From a virus (lineage: Duplodnaviria > Caudoviricetes): a stretch of DNA of 54,773 nt. The stretch covers positions 1 to 54,773 of the IMG/VR virus record IMGVR_UViG_3300042453_001089, one strand, 5' to 3'. Of the stretch, positions 17,238-26,506 are shown one piece after another (the first letter of the stretch is position 1; each line of letters starts with the position of its first letter). The notes under the pieces were generated by a model. That model saw only the letters and a list, made by a program, of their open reading frames with translations, was not told where the DNA came from and did not search any database. The translations under genes were made by a program, and so were the position numbers.

Positions 17238-17609
17238 TCACTCCAAGACGATTTTGTAGGTGCCTTTGTGGCGCCACACGTCATTCACTTTGGCGCTAAT
17301 GTCAAGCGTCTGGCAGATAGCCTTGCATGACAGATTGACCGTGATGACGGTTGCCGTTGCCGTGGCGACCTGTGCGGTTCCGCCAACGGCCAAGACAGCC
17401 TTACGGCCCCACTGATTGGTACTGTTCAGCGCGGTTCCAAACGCCGTGATCTCAATGGACCCAGCGTCCATCGACCAGTACGCCGTGCCGGCAGTGCCGC
17501 CACGGCCTTGCGGCAGACCGCCGCCCACGAGCCACTTGATCTCGGTGATGTCACCGAGAGCGGTTCCGCCCCAGCTGGCCGTGATTCCTGACGTGACAAT
17601 AGCGGCCAT
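17238..17609 (-). CDS. Tail tube-like protein 2
   Basis: Beta-rich, G/T-rich; directly before the chaperone. Confidence 0.6.
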   Translation of the reverse strand: MAAIVTSGITASWGGTALGDITEIKWLVGGGLPQGRGGTAGTAYWSMDAGSIEITAFGTALNSTNQWGRKAVLAVGGTAQVATATATVITVNLSCKAICQTLDISAKVNDVWRHKGTYKIVLE

Positions 17610-17627
17610 GACGGACTCCCGTCAGGC

Positions 17628-18053
17628 TCAACGCGCAATCGTGATGACAGCCTGCCCGCGGATGGCGTCGTTGGTCGCCAGCGTGAGAGACGAACTCGCC
17701 ACGGTGTAGTAGGACGCGGTGGTTCCACCCAGGAAGACCGTGTTGCCCGCAACGCTGATGCGATACGTGCCCGTCGATGCGTCGCTGATGACCACGGAGC
17801 CGATGTAGTCGAACGTGAACTGACGCCCGCTGCCACCGTCCTCTGCCGCTGCGACAAGCGGACGCTGCATCGTTGCGGCCTGCTCGCCGGTCGTCTGGCC
17901 GAGGTGGGCGATGTCGATGGTCGCGTCAGCGCCAGCGCCAGGGTTCGTGAACGCGATGGCGATGTTGGTGACGGTGTACTGGTTCGCGCCGAGGAACAGC
18001 TTCGTTCCCGAGCTGGCAACCGCAGTATCGTGGGGCGTGGCGAAATCAGGCAC
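17628..18053 (-). CDS. Tail tube-like protein 1
   Basis: TIDIAHLG..DGG..FTFDYIG; follows the terminator protein. Confidence 0.7.
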   Translation of the reverse strand: MPDFATPHDTAVASSGTKLFLGANQYTVTNIAIAFTNPGAGADATIDIAHLGQTTGEQAATMQRPLVAAAEDGGSGRQFTFDYIGSVVISDASTGTYRISVAGNTVFLGGTTASYYTVASSSLTLATNDAIRGQAVITIAR

Positions 18054-18065
18054 GGTGATCTCCTG

Positions 18066-18482
18066 TTATTCAGACTGCCAGAGGATGCTGTACGTTTGCG
18101 TGACCGAATACACGGGCGGTAGGTCGCCGCCAGCCAGCTGCACAAACCCGTCGGATTCGCTCTGCAGGCTCACGATCGACACGTGCATGTAATTTCCCAC
18201 GCCGCCCGCGAAACCGTTCAGAACCGCCCGCACGCGGTCGGCAATCTGTCTTACTGCCGCATAACTCTCGGCATAGATATCGACCGCCAGCGAAACCGAG
18301 GGCATTCCCAGCGGGCCTCCAAGCGTCATTTCGCGGGTCACGTTTGACCGCCGCCAGGTGGCAAACGGCAGGGCCGCAGAGGCTGGGGCGATGACCGGGT
18401 AGATCCGGCCTCCCAACAGGGCCGCCACGTCTGGGTCGTTTTCCAGTTGGTCCATCACCAGCTGCTCAGGGATTTTCGTCAT
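18066..18482 (-). CDS. Tail terminator/completion protein (DUF3168-like)
   Basis: VAALLGGRIYPVIAP..LPF; VDIYAESY. Confidence 0.85.
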   Translation of the reverse strand: MTKIPEQLVMDQLENDPDVAALLGGRIYPVIAPASAALPFATWRRSNVTREMTLGGPLGMPSVSLAVDIYAESYAAVRQIADRVRAVLNGFAGGVGNYMHVSIVSLQSESDGFVQLAGGDLPPVYSVTQTYSILWQSE

Positions 18483-19309
18483 GGCGTGATGGTCCCCTGT
18501 GACGAGCGGCTGATGGTGCTGATTGCCTGCTCAAGCGTCAGGCGTAGTTCGCGCTGGAGGATCTCCGCAATCGCCTGTTGGGACTCGCGGAACGCCGTCT
18601 CGACGGGAGGGCGACCACCGAGGCCACCGGGACGCATCGGCGGGATACGGATCGGATCTCTCGACTTCTTGAAAAACGCTTGTGGATAGGGCGGGTTGGT
18701 CTGCACCGTCTTTCCGTCTTGGCTAGAAATCTTGAAGGGTCCGAGTTTGCGAAAACTTGATGCGTAGTAGTACCCGGCAGCCTTGAAGTTCTGGACGGCG
18801 TGCCCGGCAACGGCGTGCCCGCCAATCTGATGTGCCCGCACGGCAAACGTCTTGCCCTTGCGGGTCATCTTGTATTCGCCACGCTGAAATGCACCGCGAG
18901 AAAACCCACTGCGGCTGTAGGCCCTCACGGCAGTCATCTTGTCAATGAGCCGCTCGTCAGTACCGTTTTCGAGCCACCACTGATGAAACGCCCGGTCTGG
19001 CCCGGCTCGAACACTTCCGCCGGCTGCACTAGCAGATGATTCACTTCCGGCGCGGTTGTATCCAATGAGCCCGACTGCTGCGCCGTCCTTGGGGTACTTC
19101 ACGACCTTTGAACGCGCCGCCCGCCGGAGGTTTCCGGTCGGTCCCTGTGGCGTTACATCACGGAGTTTCTCAAGCGCCGGCCTTACGGCCTTTTCGAGAG
19201 CCGCCTTTATCGCCGTCGCCTGTTTTGCCTTGTCTTGAAATAGGCTCCCGAGCGCCTGCTGCATGTTGCGCAGTTCCTGCTGGTCGATGGTGATTTGAAT
19301 GAACGACAT
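18479..19309 (-). CDS. HK97 gp10-like neck protein
   Basis: TP.GPTGNLRR, WLENGT motifs. Confidence 0.75.
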   Translation of the reverse strand: MSFIQITIDQQELRNMQQALGSLFQDKAKQATAIKAALEKAVRPALEKLRDVTPQGPTGNLRRAARSKVVKYPKDGAAVGLIGYNRAGSESSASAAGGSVRAGPDRAFHQWWLENGTDERLIDKMTAVRAYSRSGFSRGAFQRGEYKMTRKGKTFAVRAHQIGGHAVAGHAVQNFKAAGYYYASSFRKLGPFKISSQDGKTVQTNPPYPQAFFKKSRDPIRIPPMRPGGLGGRPPVETAFRESQQAIAEILQRELRLTLEQAISTISRSSQGTITP

Positions 19310-19632
19310 CAGTCCACCCTCTCGGTGCAGAGCAGTTCGTGTTCGCTGCGGTTGGCGTGCTCCAAGCAGGACGCGATCTCGAGGATGCGGCCCCGCCACG
19401 AAACCCGCATGGTTGAGTTGAGCCCGTCGAGATACCGCATTCGCACGCGGTGCGTGATCTCCGTCTGCTGCTGGCCGCTCGTCAGGAACTCGCGGGCCGA
19501 TATGCCGTCAACGCTGGCCCAGCGTTCAGCGAACGTGCCCCACGTCTGCGTAGTCTCGCCCAGAGCGTTCCGAGTCTCGGTCGCCTGCTGGACGATGATT
19601 CGCTCACGGAGTTTGCCGGGATCAATCGCCAT
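19309..19632 (-). CDS. Head-tail joining protein (SPP1 gp16-like)
   Basis: DPGKLRERIIVQ, WASVDGISARE, HRVRMRY. Confidence 0.92.
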   Translation of the reverse strand: MAIDPGKLRERIIVQQATETRNALGETTQTWGTFAERWASVDGISAREFLTSGQQQTEITHRVRMRYLDGLNSTMRVSWRGRILEIASCLEHANRSEHELLCTERVD

Positions 19633-20041
19633 ACATCACCAAGGTCCAGGCCGACGTGCCCGCCGTGGTGGAGATCGAGAACGACGCCGTCTCGAACGCT
19701 TCCGAAACGGCAACCTGACCGGCACGAGAATAGAGCGTCCAATCGCCGGTCCCGTCGCACTTAACGCGGCCCGCGGCGTCTGCAGAAAACGCCGCCCGGC
19801 TCACGCTTGAAAACGACACGGCAGACCCAGCGGAATCCTTGTACGTCGTCGGAGCCACGGCAACGCTGACCGCAGCTGTGCCGCACGTGCCTGTCACGAT
19901 GGCGATTTTTCCGAAGTCGTATTCGGCCGCGTGCTGCAGCGTGATCGTCTTCACTGCCCGCACGCCGGTCGCCGTGGTCGAGTCGGCAAACTGCACGTCG
20001 ATGGCGAACTTGCCGAGTACGCTCACAGGTATGACCCCCAC
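19622..20041 (-). CDS. Putative virion protein
   Basis: Beta-rich ORF within the neck operon; start uncertain. Confidence 0.65.
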   Translation of the reverse strand: MGVIPVSVLGKFAIDVQFADSTTATGVRAVKTITLQHAAEYDFGKIAIVTGTCGTAAVSVAVAPTTYKDSAGSAVSFSSVSRAAFSADAAGRVKCDGTGDWTLYSRAGQVAVSEAFETASFSISTTAGTSAWTLVMYGD

Positions 20042-20622
20042 TTCGCAGAGTCGAGAAGGCTTTTCACGCCGAACGGAATTTCCGTCATGGAAATACCATC
20101 GGCCGCCATTCGTCGCTCATACCAGTAGCCAACGAGCCAGAGGATAGCGTTGCGAATCCGCTGCTCAACGTCCGTGCCGTCCTCGCCCTTGCCGCCCCAC
20201 CACGTCACCGTGACGGCGTTGTAATCCATCAGGTGCGAGGGCCATGAGCCGTTGTAGAGCGTGCGGATGACGCCGGGCACGCTGTCGCGATCAACCCGGT
20301 ACTGATTCGCCGCCAGAGTCGCCGTGGTCTGGTTCTCGAGCGTGTACGTCACCGTCACCGCCGTGTAGGCCGTATGCGTTGCCATCGGCGGCCGGGGCAG
20401 TTCGACTTCGTTCGTGGGGAACGAGTCGAGGGTCATCATGTACCGCGTGTGTACGAACGTCTCATCACAGTAGGCCGCACACCACTCGCGGGCCGCAGTG
20501 ATGAGCGATGCGATGTAGGCGTTGTCGGCGTCGGTATCGACGCGGCAGTGTGCCTTTGCATCGGCCAGGCTGACGGGCTCAACCTTCGGATGCGTCAGGG
20601 TCTTGATGCTTCGATACCGCAC
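20023..20622 (-). CDS. Head-tail connector (gp6-like)
   Basis: EPVSLADAKAHCRVD..LITAARE; AIL.LVGYWYERR. Confidence 0.92.
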   Translation of the reverse strand: MRYRSIKTLTHPKVEPVSLADAKAHCRVDTDADNAYIASLITAAREWCAAYCDETFVHTRYMMTLDSFPTNEVELPRPPMATHTAYTAVTVTYTLENQTTATLAANQYRVDRDSVPGVIRTLYNGSWPSHLMDYNAVTVTWWGGKGEDGTDVEQRIRNAILWLVGYWYERRMAADGISMTEIPFGVKSLLDSAKWGSYL

Positions 20623-20815
20623 GTCGCGTAGTCCTTCGTGGTGTCACGTCGGCCCGTTCCGCGACGGGTTCGACCGCTGCCGTCTCAATCAGGTCCAGTT
20701 GTTGGTCACGCTCCGCGATGCCGTCACGAATCAGACGGACGGCGGTCGTGTCTTCACAATCAACCAGCGTGCCGACGCTATACGTCGAGTAGTTCTTCAA
20801 CAGTCTTATTTTCAC
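20579..20815 (-). CDS. Small head-associated protein
   Basis: MKIRLLK...G.LVD....A.RLIRDGIAE pattern typical of post-capsid genes. Confidence 0.75.
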   Translation of the reverse strand: MKIRLLKNYSTYSVGTLVDCEDTTAVRLIRDGIAERDQQLDLIETAAVEPVAERADVTPRRTTRRAVSKHQDPDASEG

Positions 20816-21546
20816 GATTCACCTACATTCCATGCAGTTGGTGGCTTTCCGTTCTCGGTGTAGTCGCCCACGTATTGGAAAACAGGGCTCCTGAGATCCT
20901 TGCCGGGCCACACGCTGACCCACTCGCCATGCCCGATCGTCACGCGAGGCGTCACGTAGACGCGGTTGCCGCCGCGGCGGAACTGCCGCCAGAACCAGAT
21001 GTCGGCGTCTACCCGGCCGTCACCGAACTTTCCCTCGGAGTTCGGATGATCTTGAAACCACGGTTTCGGCGTTCGCTTGAGGGCTTTCGTGCTGATGAGC
21101 GTGCAGCCGAAGTGAGCGGAATCCACCTCCTGCACGGGCTCCGCGAACCACGACATATCTAGTTCGGTCTTGCCGCCTGGAGGCGGATTGTCGAGCGTGC
21201 CGGGCAGCGTGAACATGGGACGACCGTCCTCACGTTTCACCTGAATCGGCGCGATCGCGTCGCACTGGAATGCCATTGCCAGCGACACGATCGCCTCAAC
21301 GTCTTTGCGACACCAAAACGAATCCATGTCGGTGCACAGGATGTATTCGGTCGAGTCCACGAACTGCTCGAGGCACCGCTGCAGGACCGGACCCCACAAC
21401 GCTCCCTGCCCCAGCGTGGGGCGAATGCCGAGCGGCATGAGGGCTTGTGCCCATCCGAACATATTGGCAATCGGGCCGAACCGCGGGCCAGACATCACGC
21501 ACTCGATCCGCACGTCTACGTCCGTACTGCCGACCTTGACGATCAT
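20812..21546 (-). CDS. GT-A fold glycosyltransferase in the head module
   Basis: YILCTDMD (DxD), HFGCTLIS, PWF, DIWFW, IGH. Confidence 0.8.
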   Translation of the reverse strand: MIVKVGSTDVDVRIECVMSGPRFGPIANMFGWAQALMPLGIRPTLGQGALWGPVLQRCLEQFVDSTEYILCTDMDSFWCRKDVEAIVSLAMAFQCDAIAPIQVKREDGRPMFTLPGTLDNPPPGGKTELDMSWFAEPVQEVDSAHFGCTLISTKALKRTPKPWFQDHPNSEGKFGDGRVDADIWFWRQFRRGGNRVYVTPRVTIGHGEWVSVWPGKDLRSPVFQYVGDYTENGKPPTAWNVGES

Positions 21547-21555
21547 GTTTTGCCT

Positions 21556-21600
21556 CAAAACGAGAATGGCGGGCGCGACGTTATGCCGCACCCGCCATTC
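21556..21600 (-). terminator. Hairpin after the capsid/decoration genes
   Basis: GAATGGCGGG/CCCGCCATTC stem followed by TCGTTTT. Confidence 0.5.
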
Positions 21601-21622
21601 AGTGTCTTCAGGCTGTCAAGTA

Positions 21623-22057
21623 TCAGCCGCTGTACTTCGCGAGGGCGCCCATCTCGGAGGCCGAATCGGGGCCAACCTCGGCCTTGCCGAGCCGCGCCAC
21701 GATGTTGGTCGCGAGCGAGCCGACCGCAGAGGCGTCAACCTTGACGTACCGCTGCTTGCCGCGGAGGTCGAGGTCCAGACGAACGACCGACGCCTGGCTC
21801 GTAACCGCAACGCTGGCGGCCGGAGCCGACACGGTGTAGACGGAAGCCGTGGCCGCCGTCGTGTCGCCCTGGTAGAGGGCCAGCGAGTTCAGGACCGACG
21901 CCGCGGTGTGCGACGCCGTGGACGACTTCGCCACGACCACGTCAACCGAGGCGTAGGCGAAACCGAGCGTGTCGATCGTGATGGTCGCCGTGCCGGCCGT
22001 GCCCGCCGCCGAGTCACCCACAACCGTCTTCGTGGCTTCGAGATGATTCACGTTCAC
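21623..22057 (-). CDS. Capsid decoration/cement protein
   Basis: IDTLGF..DLRGKQRYVKV; directly after the MCP. Confidence 0.7.
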   Translation of the reverse strand: MNVNHLEATKTVVGDSAAGTAGTATITIDTLGFAYASVDVVVAKSSTASHTAASVLNSLALYQGDTTAATASVYTVSAPAASVAVTSQASVVRLDLDLRGKQRYVKVDASAVGSLATNIVARLGKAEVGPDSASEMGALAKYSG

Positions 22058-22087
22058 TGTCTCCTAGAGGGTCAAAGGGTTTGTTGG

Positions 22088-23446
22088 TCAGGCGAACTTG
22101 AGACCGACGAGCGGACCGGCCTTGCTTGTGTCGCCCAGGTCGTGAGCGACCATCGCGACGCGAGCCGTGGCGAAGGTGAGCAGCTGGTCGTACTCGATGA
22201 ACCGGCTGGCATCCGTCTTGACGCTGATGTCACGACGCACGCCGTAGGTAGCGGCCTGCGACAGGTCACCGAACAGGCAGGCGATCTTGCCCGTGGTGCC
22301 CGTCAGGCCCGACTCAAGCGGGTGGCACAGCACGACCGGGAAGCCGAGGAACTGGAGGCCAGCCCCGCCGGCCACGTCGGCCGCGTTGTTGCCCGCGGTG
22401 CTCACCATGAGGCGAAGCATTGAGGAGCCGTAGCCGGCCGGCGAGATGTACCACTTGGCATTCCGCCGGGCGTACAGCGGCAGCTTGGCCACCGTGTTGG
22501 AGAAGTCCGCCAGGAGCAGCTCCTCAAACTGGTCGCGGCTGGAAGTCGCCTGATAGATGCTGGCCGAGTGGGTGCCGTCGTTGATGGCGACCGCGACACC
22601 CGTGGTGCCGTGGTAGTTGCCACCGTTGCCGGTCCCGATGAAGCCGCTGTTGTCGAAGGCTTCGGCAAACGCCTGAGCCACCTCGACCGCCATCGCGTCC
22701 GCAAGGTCGATGACCGAGTCCTCGACCAGCGACATCGGAACGCGGTTGTCCACGCCCCACAGCTTCGCGACCAGCTGCACGTTGTCGAAAGTGACGTTCG
22801 TCGAATCGGGGGCAGCGTTCTCGCCGATCGGCTTTGCCGACAGGCCACCGACGCGGCGGGCGATCAGCAGCGTGTCGCTGTTCATCGTGACCGTGCGAGC
22901 GTTGGCCGGGAACGCGCCGAACTCCTCAACGAGCCGGATGATCTCGCTGGACAGTTCGGGATTGGTCAGGACACCGCCGAGCGAGTTGATGCCGCCAGCC
23001 TGGGCACGGCTTTCGACGCCGTGATCAAGGCACCACCGACGGGCCTCCTCGTCACCCAGCAGCGAAGCCTTGATGCTCATGCCGGCACGATAGGCACGCT
23101 CTTCGTTCTTGAAGCCCTTGAGGGGGCGATGCGACGCGGGCACGGCGAAAATCTTGCGGCTTTCCACGGCGGGAGCCTCCTCGGGGGTGACAGTCTCGAT
23201 CTTCTTGGCCGGGGCACCGCGCTCCAGCACGGCACGCAGTTCGACTTCCTTGGCCTGCACGCGGGTCAGGAACTCGATCCGCTCGCGGAGCTTGTCGGCG
23301 CGAGTCTCAAGCGAACGCAGGGACGCCTCTTGCTCCTCAGACATCGGAGCGGCGGCCTCTTCGCCCTCGGGGGCGTCCTCAGTCATCGCGGACATTTCAG
23401 CGACAACAGCGGCCAGTTCGTCGAGCAGTGCCTTGATCTTGTCCAC
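22088..23446 (-). CDS. Major capsid protein, HK97 fold with N-terminal scaffold domain
   Basis: Coiled-coil N-terminus, GGVL..ELSSEII, IGE, FLGFPVV, LFGDLS. Confidence 0.95.
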   Translation of the reverse strand: MDKIKALLDELAAVVAEMSAMTEDAPEGEEAAAPMSEEQEASLRSLETRADKLRERIEFLTRVQAKEVELRAVLERGAPAKKIETVTPEEAPAVESRKIFAVPASHRPLKGFKNEERAYRAGMSIKASLLGDEEARRWCLDHGVESRAQAGGINSLGGVLTNPELSSEIIRLVEEFGAFPANARTVTMNSDTLLIARRVGGLSAKPIGENAAPDSTNVTFDNVQLVAKLWGVDNRVPMSLVEDSVIDLADAMAVEVAQAFAEAFDNSGFIGTGNGGNYHGTTGVAVAINDGTHSASIYQATSSRDQFEELLLADFSNTVAKLPLYARRNAKWYISPAGYGSSMLRLMVSTAGNNAADVAGGAGLQFLGFPVVLCHPLESGLTGTTGKIACLFGDLSQAATYGVRRDISVKTDASRFIEYDQLLTFATARVAMVAHDLGDTSKAGPLVGLKFA

Positions 23447-23526
23447 GGTGTGGGCTCCTGTGTTCGGGCTGCGGCGTCAGTCGCCGTCTATCCCGAAACT
23501 ACGGGGCGCACCTTGAAACCATGCAG

Positions 23527-23709
23527 TTACGCACGGTCGGCAGTAAACGACTTTCGTCTGATCACGGTGCCGTGGATGATCTGCTTGTCGGTGTTGCCAC
23601 ACCGGCAGCACCGCAGATAGCGGGTCTGGTATTCGCCAGACCGCTGCGACGACGCCACGGCCAACCGGCCGGCACGGCATCGCGGGCACGAATCGCCACT
23701 AGCGGCCAT
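23527..23709 (-). CDS. Ogr/Delta-like zinc-finger protein
   Basis: CPRC..TRYLRCCRCG. Confidence 0.7.
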   Translation of the reverse strand: MAASGDSCPRCRAGRLAVASSQRSGEYQTRYLRCCRCGNTDKQIIHGTVIRRKSFTADRA

Positions 23710-24712
23710 GCTGCCTCAGGAACTCTTTGATTTCGCTGATCCGCCCGATGGTCCCCGTGTGCTTCGCGACGATGAACGCCTGACGCTGGAGGTACTGATC
23801 GTAAGACCGCTGGGCGACCTTCACGTCAGCGTCCGGGTACGCAGGGAACGTCACCGGACCCACGTCAATCAGCGAGTCAATCTTCGTCACGGTGCGGATG
23901 CTTCGGCCGTCCTCGACGCTCCAGGCTTCACCACCGGGGGCCACCTGGAACGAGAACGACGAACCACGCACGATCCCCGCTTCGATGTTGGCGGCGAGAT
24001 CGCGACCGTAGGACGTGTCGGGCACGGGGAACTCATACCGCAGGCCAACCTCGTCCACGTGCATCCGCAGCGTGCCGGGGAACCGGGCGAGCGGATAGTT
24101 CGGGTCGTGGTTCCACAATGCCCGCGTCTCAAGCGGACGCTTGCGGCCACGACGCTCCGCGACGATGCCGAAGGCGCCGGGGTCGAGCCGCTCAACGAAT
24201 TGGCCTTCCAACTCCAGCGAGTTGACGCCGAACTTCGCCGCATAACCGACGATCCACTGGCGATCGGTGCCGTCTTCACTGCGGCTCTCAACCGCCAGGA
24301 GCGGCACCGCCGACTCCACTTCGTCAATCGCCAGTGCCCTGCGTTCGATGTTGCCCATGATGCTCCTGCCCTCCTCGTCTGCGGCGTTCATTTGTTCAAC
24401 CAGTTTGCGACTCCAAGCCCAGCCGGGATCTGAGCCCCATAGCGCCCAGGCTATACGCCCGTTACTCGGAAACCCGTCTTCGCCTGGGCTCCAGCCCTTG
24501 CCTTGCTTGTCGATCTCGTGCCTGTCGAAGTACGCCTTCATTCGGCGTGCCGTCTCTGGGCTGATCGTCACTCCGTTGCTCAGGTCGCGAGCGCGGGCCA
24601 CGCCGACTGCCGTGCCGCCTCGGCCGTACTCGCTTCGCCAATCAAGCCCCTTCTGTGCCTCGCTCCGCACGCCTGCCGGGGGCGTGAAGTCGATGTGGTC
24701 GAACTTAGCCAC
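23699..24712 (-). CDS. HK97-family prohead protease with an extra N-terminal domain
   Basis: GYAAKF, ALWNHD, GLRYE, GSSFSF, DVGPVTFPAYPD; ~115-aa N-domain with YFDRHE and IAWALWG. Confidence 0.92.
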   Translation of the reverse strand: MAKFDHIDFTPPAGVRSEAQKGLDWRSEYGRGGTAVGVARARDLSNGVTISPETARRMKAYFDRHEIDKQGKGWSPGEDGFPSNGRIAWALWGSDPGWAWSRKLVEQMNAADEEGRSIMGNIERRALAIDEVESAVPLLAVESRSEDGTDRQWIVGYAAKFGVNSLELEGQFVERLDPGAFGIVAERRGRKRPLETRALWNHDPNYPLARFPGTLRMHVDEVGLRYEFPVPDTSYGRDLAANIEAGIVRGSSFSFQVAPGGEAWSVEDGRSIRTVTKIDSLIDVGPVTFPAYPDADVKVAQRSYDQYLQRQAFIVAKHTGTIGRISEIKEFLRQHGR

Positions 24713-25469
24713 GCTTCCGCCCCTTCCGCTTCGATCGCGTGATCTTCGGGTCATCGGGGTCAAATGTGCCGCTGTTTCCGGTTGCTGACTTGACTGATGT
24801 AGGCGTCTGCGCAACAGCCCATAGGATTTTTTTTGTCCTGCGGTCAATCAAGATTGTTCCATCATGCCCCGGGGGTGCGTCGAATGTTTTCGTGTCTCCA
24901 GCAATCGCGTAGTGCGGATTCCGAATGGTCATGTAGAGCGGCACTACGCGAGCATTGTCCTTGCCTGCATACGGGGAGTACGGGCCGTAGTCGCCTTTGT
25001 CTGCCGACGCGTAGATTCCAGGGCCGAGCATTCCCTTTGCAGAGGGCTTGAACTCATCAAAGTCTGAGCCTGTTCCGTGGTACACAATCAAGGGTTCACC
25101 GCTTTCGCTCACGACCTTGGAGTCGCCAAACCACTTCGTGAATGCCTCGGCCTGCTCTTGGGTGTCAAACTTCTTCTCGGCCCAAGCCTTCACTTCCGGC
25201 GTCGCCTCACCGCCACCTCCTGAAGATCCGCTATCTGATCCGCCGCCATCGCCAGACGAGCCCCCGTCAGAATCTCCGCCGCCGCTTCCGCCCGGCGCAC
25301 ACTTATTGCCGGGCTTGAATCCGCCCGCGCCGGTGCCGCAGTCACGGCGGGCACTGCCGCCTTTGCGAGTGGAGTTCTTGCTTTGCGACAACTGGCTCAA
25401 CTGGTCAAGCGTGTCGGGAGTTCTTTTCGTCCAATCGGCGTTAGATAGGACAGCATCCAGTGCGATCAT
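24705..25469 (-). CDS. ADP-ribosyltransferase-like (ART-PolyVal type) head-module protein
   Basis: WFGDSKVV..GEPLIVYHGT..F..F..GPGIY..PLY..I.NP..GHDG..KSATGNSGTFD. Confidence 0.7.
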   Translation of the reverse strand: MIALDAVLSNADWTKRTPDTLDQLSQLSQSKNSTRKGGSARRDCGTGAGGFKPGNKCAPGGSGGGDSDGGSSGDGGGSDSGSSGGGGEATPEVKAWAEKKFDTQEQAEAFTKWFGDSKVVSESGEPLIVYHGTGSDFDEFKPSAKGMLGPGIYASADKGDYGPYSPYAGKDNARVVPLYMTIRNPHYAIAGDTKTFDAPPGHDGTILIDRRTKKILWAVAQTPTSVKSATGNSGTFDPDDPKITRSKRKGRKRG

Positions 25470-26506
25470 TTCCGTTTCCCCCCGGCGACGACCTTGCCTT
25501 TGATGACGCCGCCGAGGACGACAATCTCCTGCTCGGTGACACACCCCATGCCAGTGCTTGCCGTGCATAGCACGCGCGAAACGGGAACCTTCACGGTAAC
25601 CAGCCCGCCGATGTCGGAACTCATGTCGTCGGCGAACATCTCTGCAGTCTTTCGGTTCATCGAAAAACTTGAAGCGGGCTGTAGCGAAATATCTTCGCTA
25701 TCGGACGATTTGACAGCGCCTTGCTGACTTATAAATCCCCGGTGCAGCGTTAGTTCTTTGATACCCTGCTGCTCAAAGTAGTCCTGCGTTGCGTTGTATT
25801 TGGCGCGGATAACTTCCCTGACGGCGCTGCTGTTCGCGACGATTTCCTCAACGCCTTTCATTCGCGAGACTTCTGCGGGACCGAGCAAAGGGGACGCGTC
25901 GTACTTGCCTAGGTGCCCAACGTCAGCCTTGGCCAGTTCAGGGAATTCGTAGGCGAGTTCTTTTGCGATAGCCTTTTGAACCCCAACTGCAACTGGCTCG
26001 CTGTCTCCTGACGTGCTCGCCCAGGTGTCAACAATACCCCTGACTAGCGCGTGCCTTTTCTCGTACCCCGGGGAGGCGCCCTCCCTGTATCGCTCGTGAT
26101 TGAATCCAGTGGCCGCTAGTAGCGTGTCCGGCACGCTACTCTCTTCCATCCCGACCTTGTCGAGCTTTTGCAGAAGCAGTTTTGCGACTTCCTTCTTGAT
26201 CTCAGCTCTTTCGCGAACCTGTTCTGGATCGCTGCCTGTAGCCAAACTAAGAGCCTCCTTTGAGGCTCCACGGAATACCCGCTCAAGGTCTCTCTGCGAT
26301 GGCTCGCCGGAATCGCTGCCAGCAGAAGATTCACTGCCGCCACCGCCGCCCTTATTCGTCCCGCAGGAGTTGTCGATCCCGCCGCCTTCACCCGTCGGGC
26401 AAAAGCCGCGCCGCTCAATCGTCGCCTGCACGGCCCGCAGAATGCGGACGCACCGCAGCACGGCGTCGGCGTCTCCCTGTCGCGTTGGGCGAAAGACGGC
26501 GATCAC
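25466..26506 (-). CDS. R-S-E class ADP-ribosyltransferase-like head-module protein
   Basis: LHRG, SSFS..TA..FA, EQEIVV triad spacing. Confidence 0.6.
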   Translation of the reverse strand: MIAVFRPTRQGDADAVLRCVRILRAVQATIERRGFCPTGEGGGIDNSCGTNKGGGGGSESSAGSDSGEPSQRDLERVFRGASKEALSLATGSDPEQVRERAEIKKEVAKLLLQKLDKVGMEESSVPDTLLAATGFNHERYREGASPGYEKRHALVRGIVDTWASTSGDSEPVAVGVQKAIAKELAYEFPELAKADVGHLGKYDASPLLGPAEVSRMKGVEEIVANSSAVREVIRAKYNATQDYFEQQGIKELTLHRGFISQQGAVKSSDSEDISLQPASSFSMNRKTAEMFADDMSSDIGGLVTVKVPVSRVLCTASTGMGCVTEQEIVVLGGVIKGKVVAGGKRK

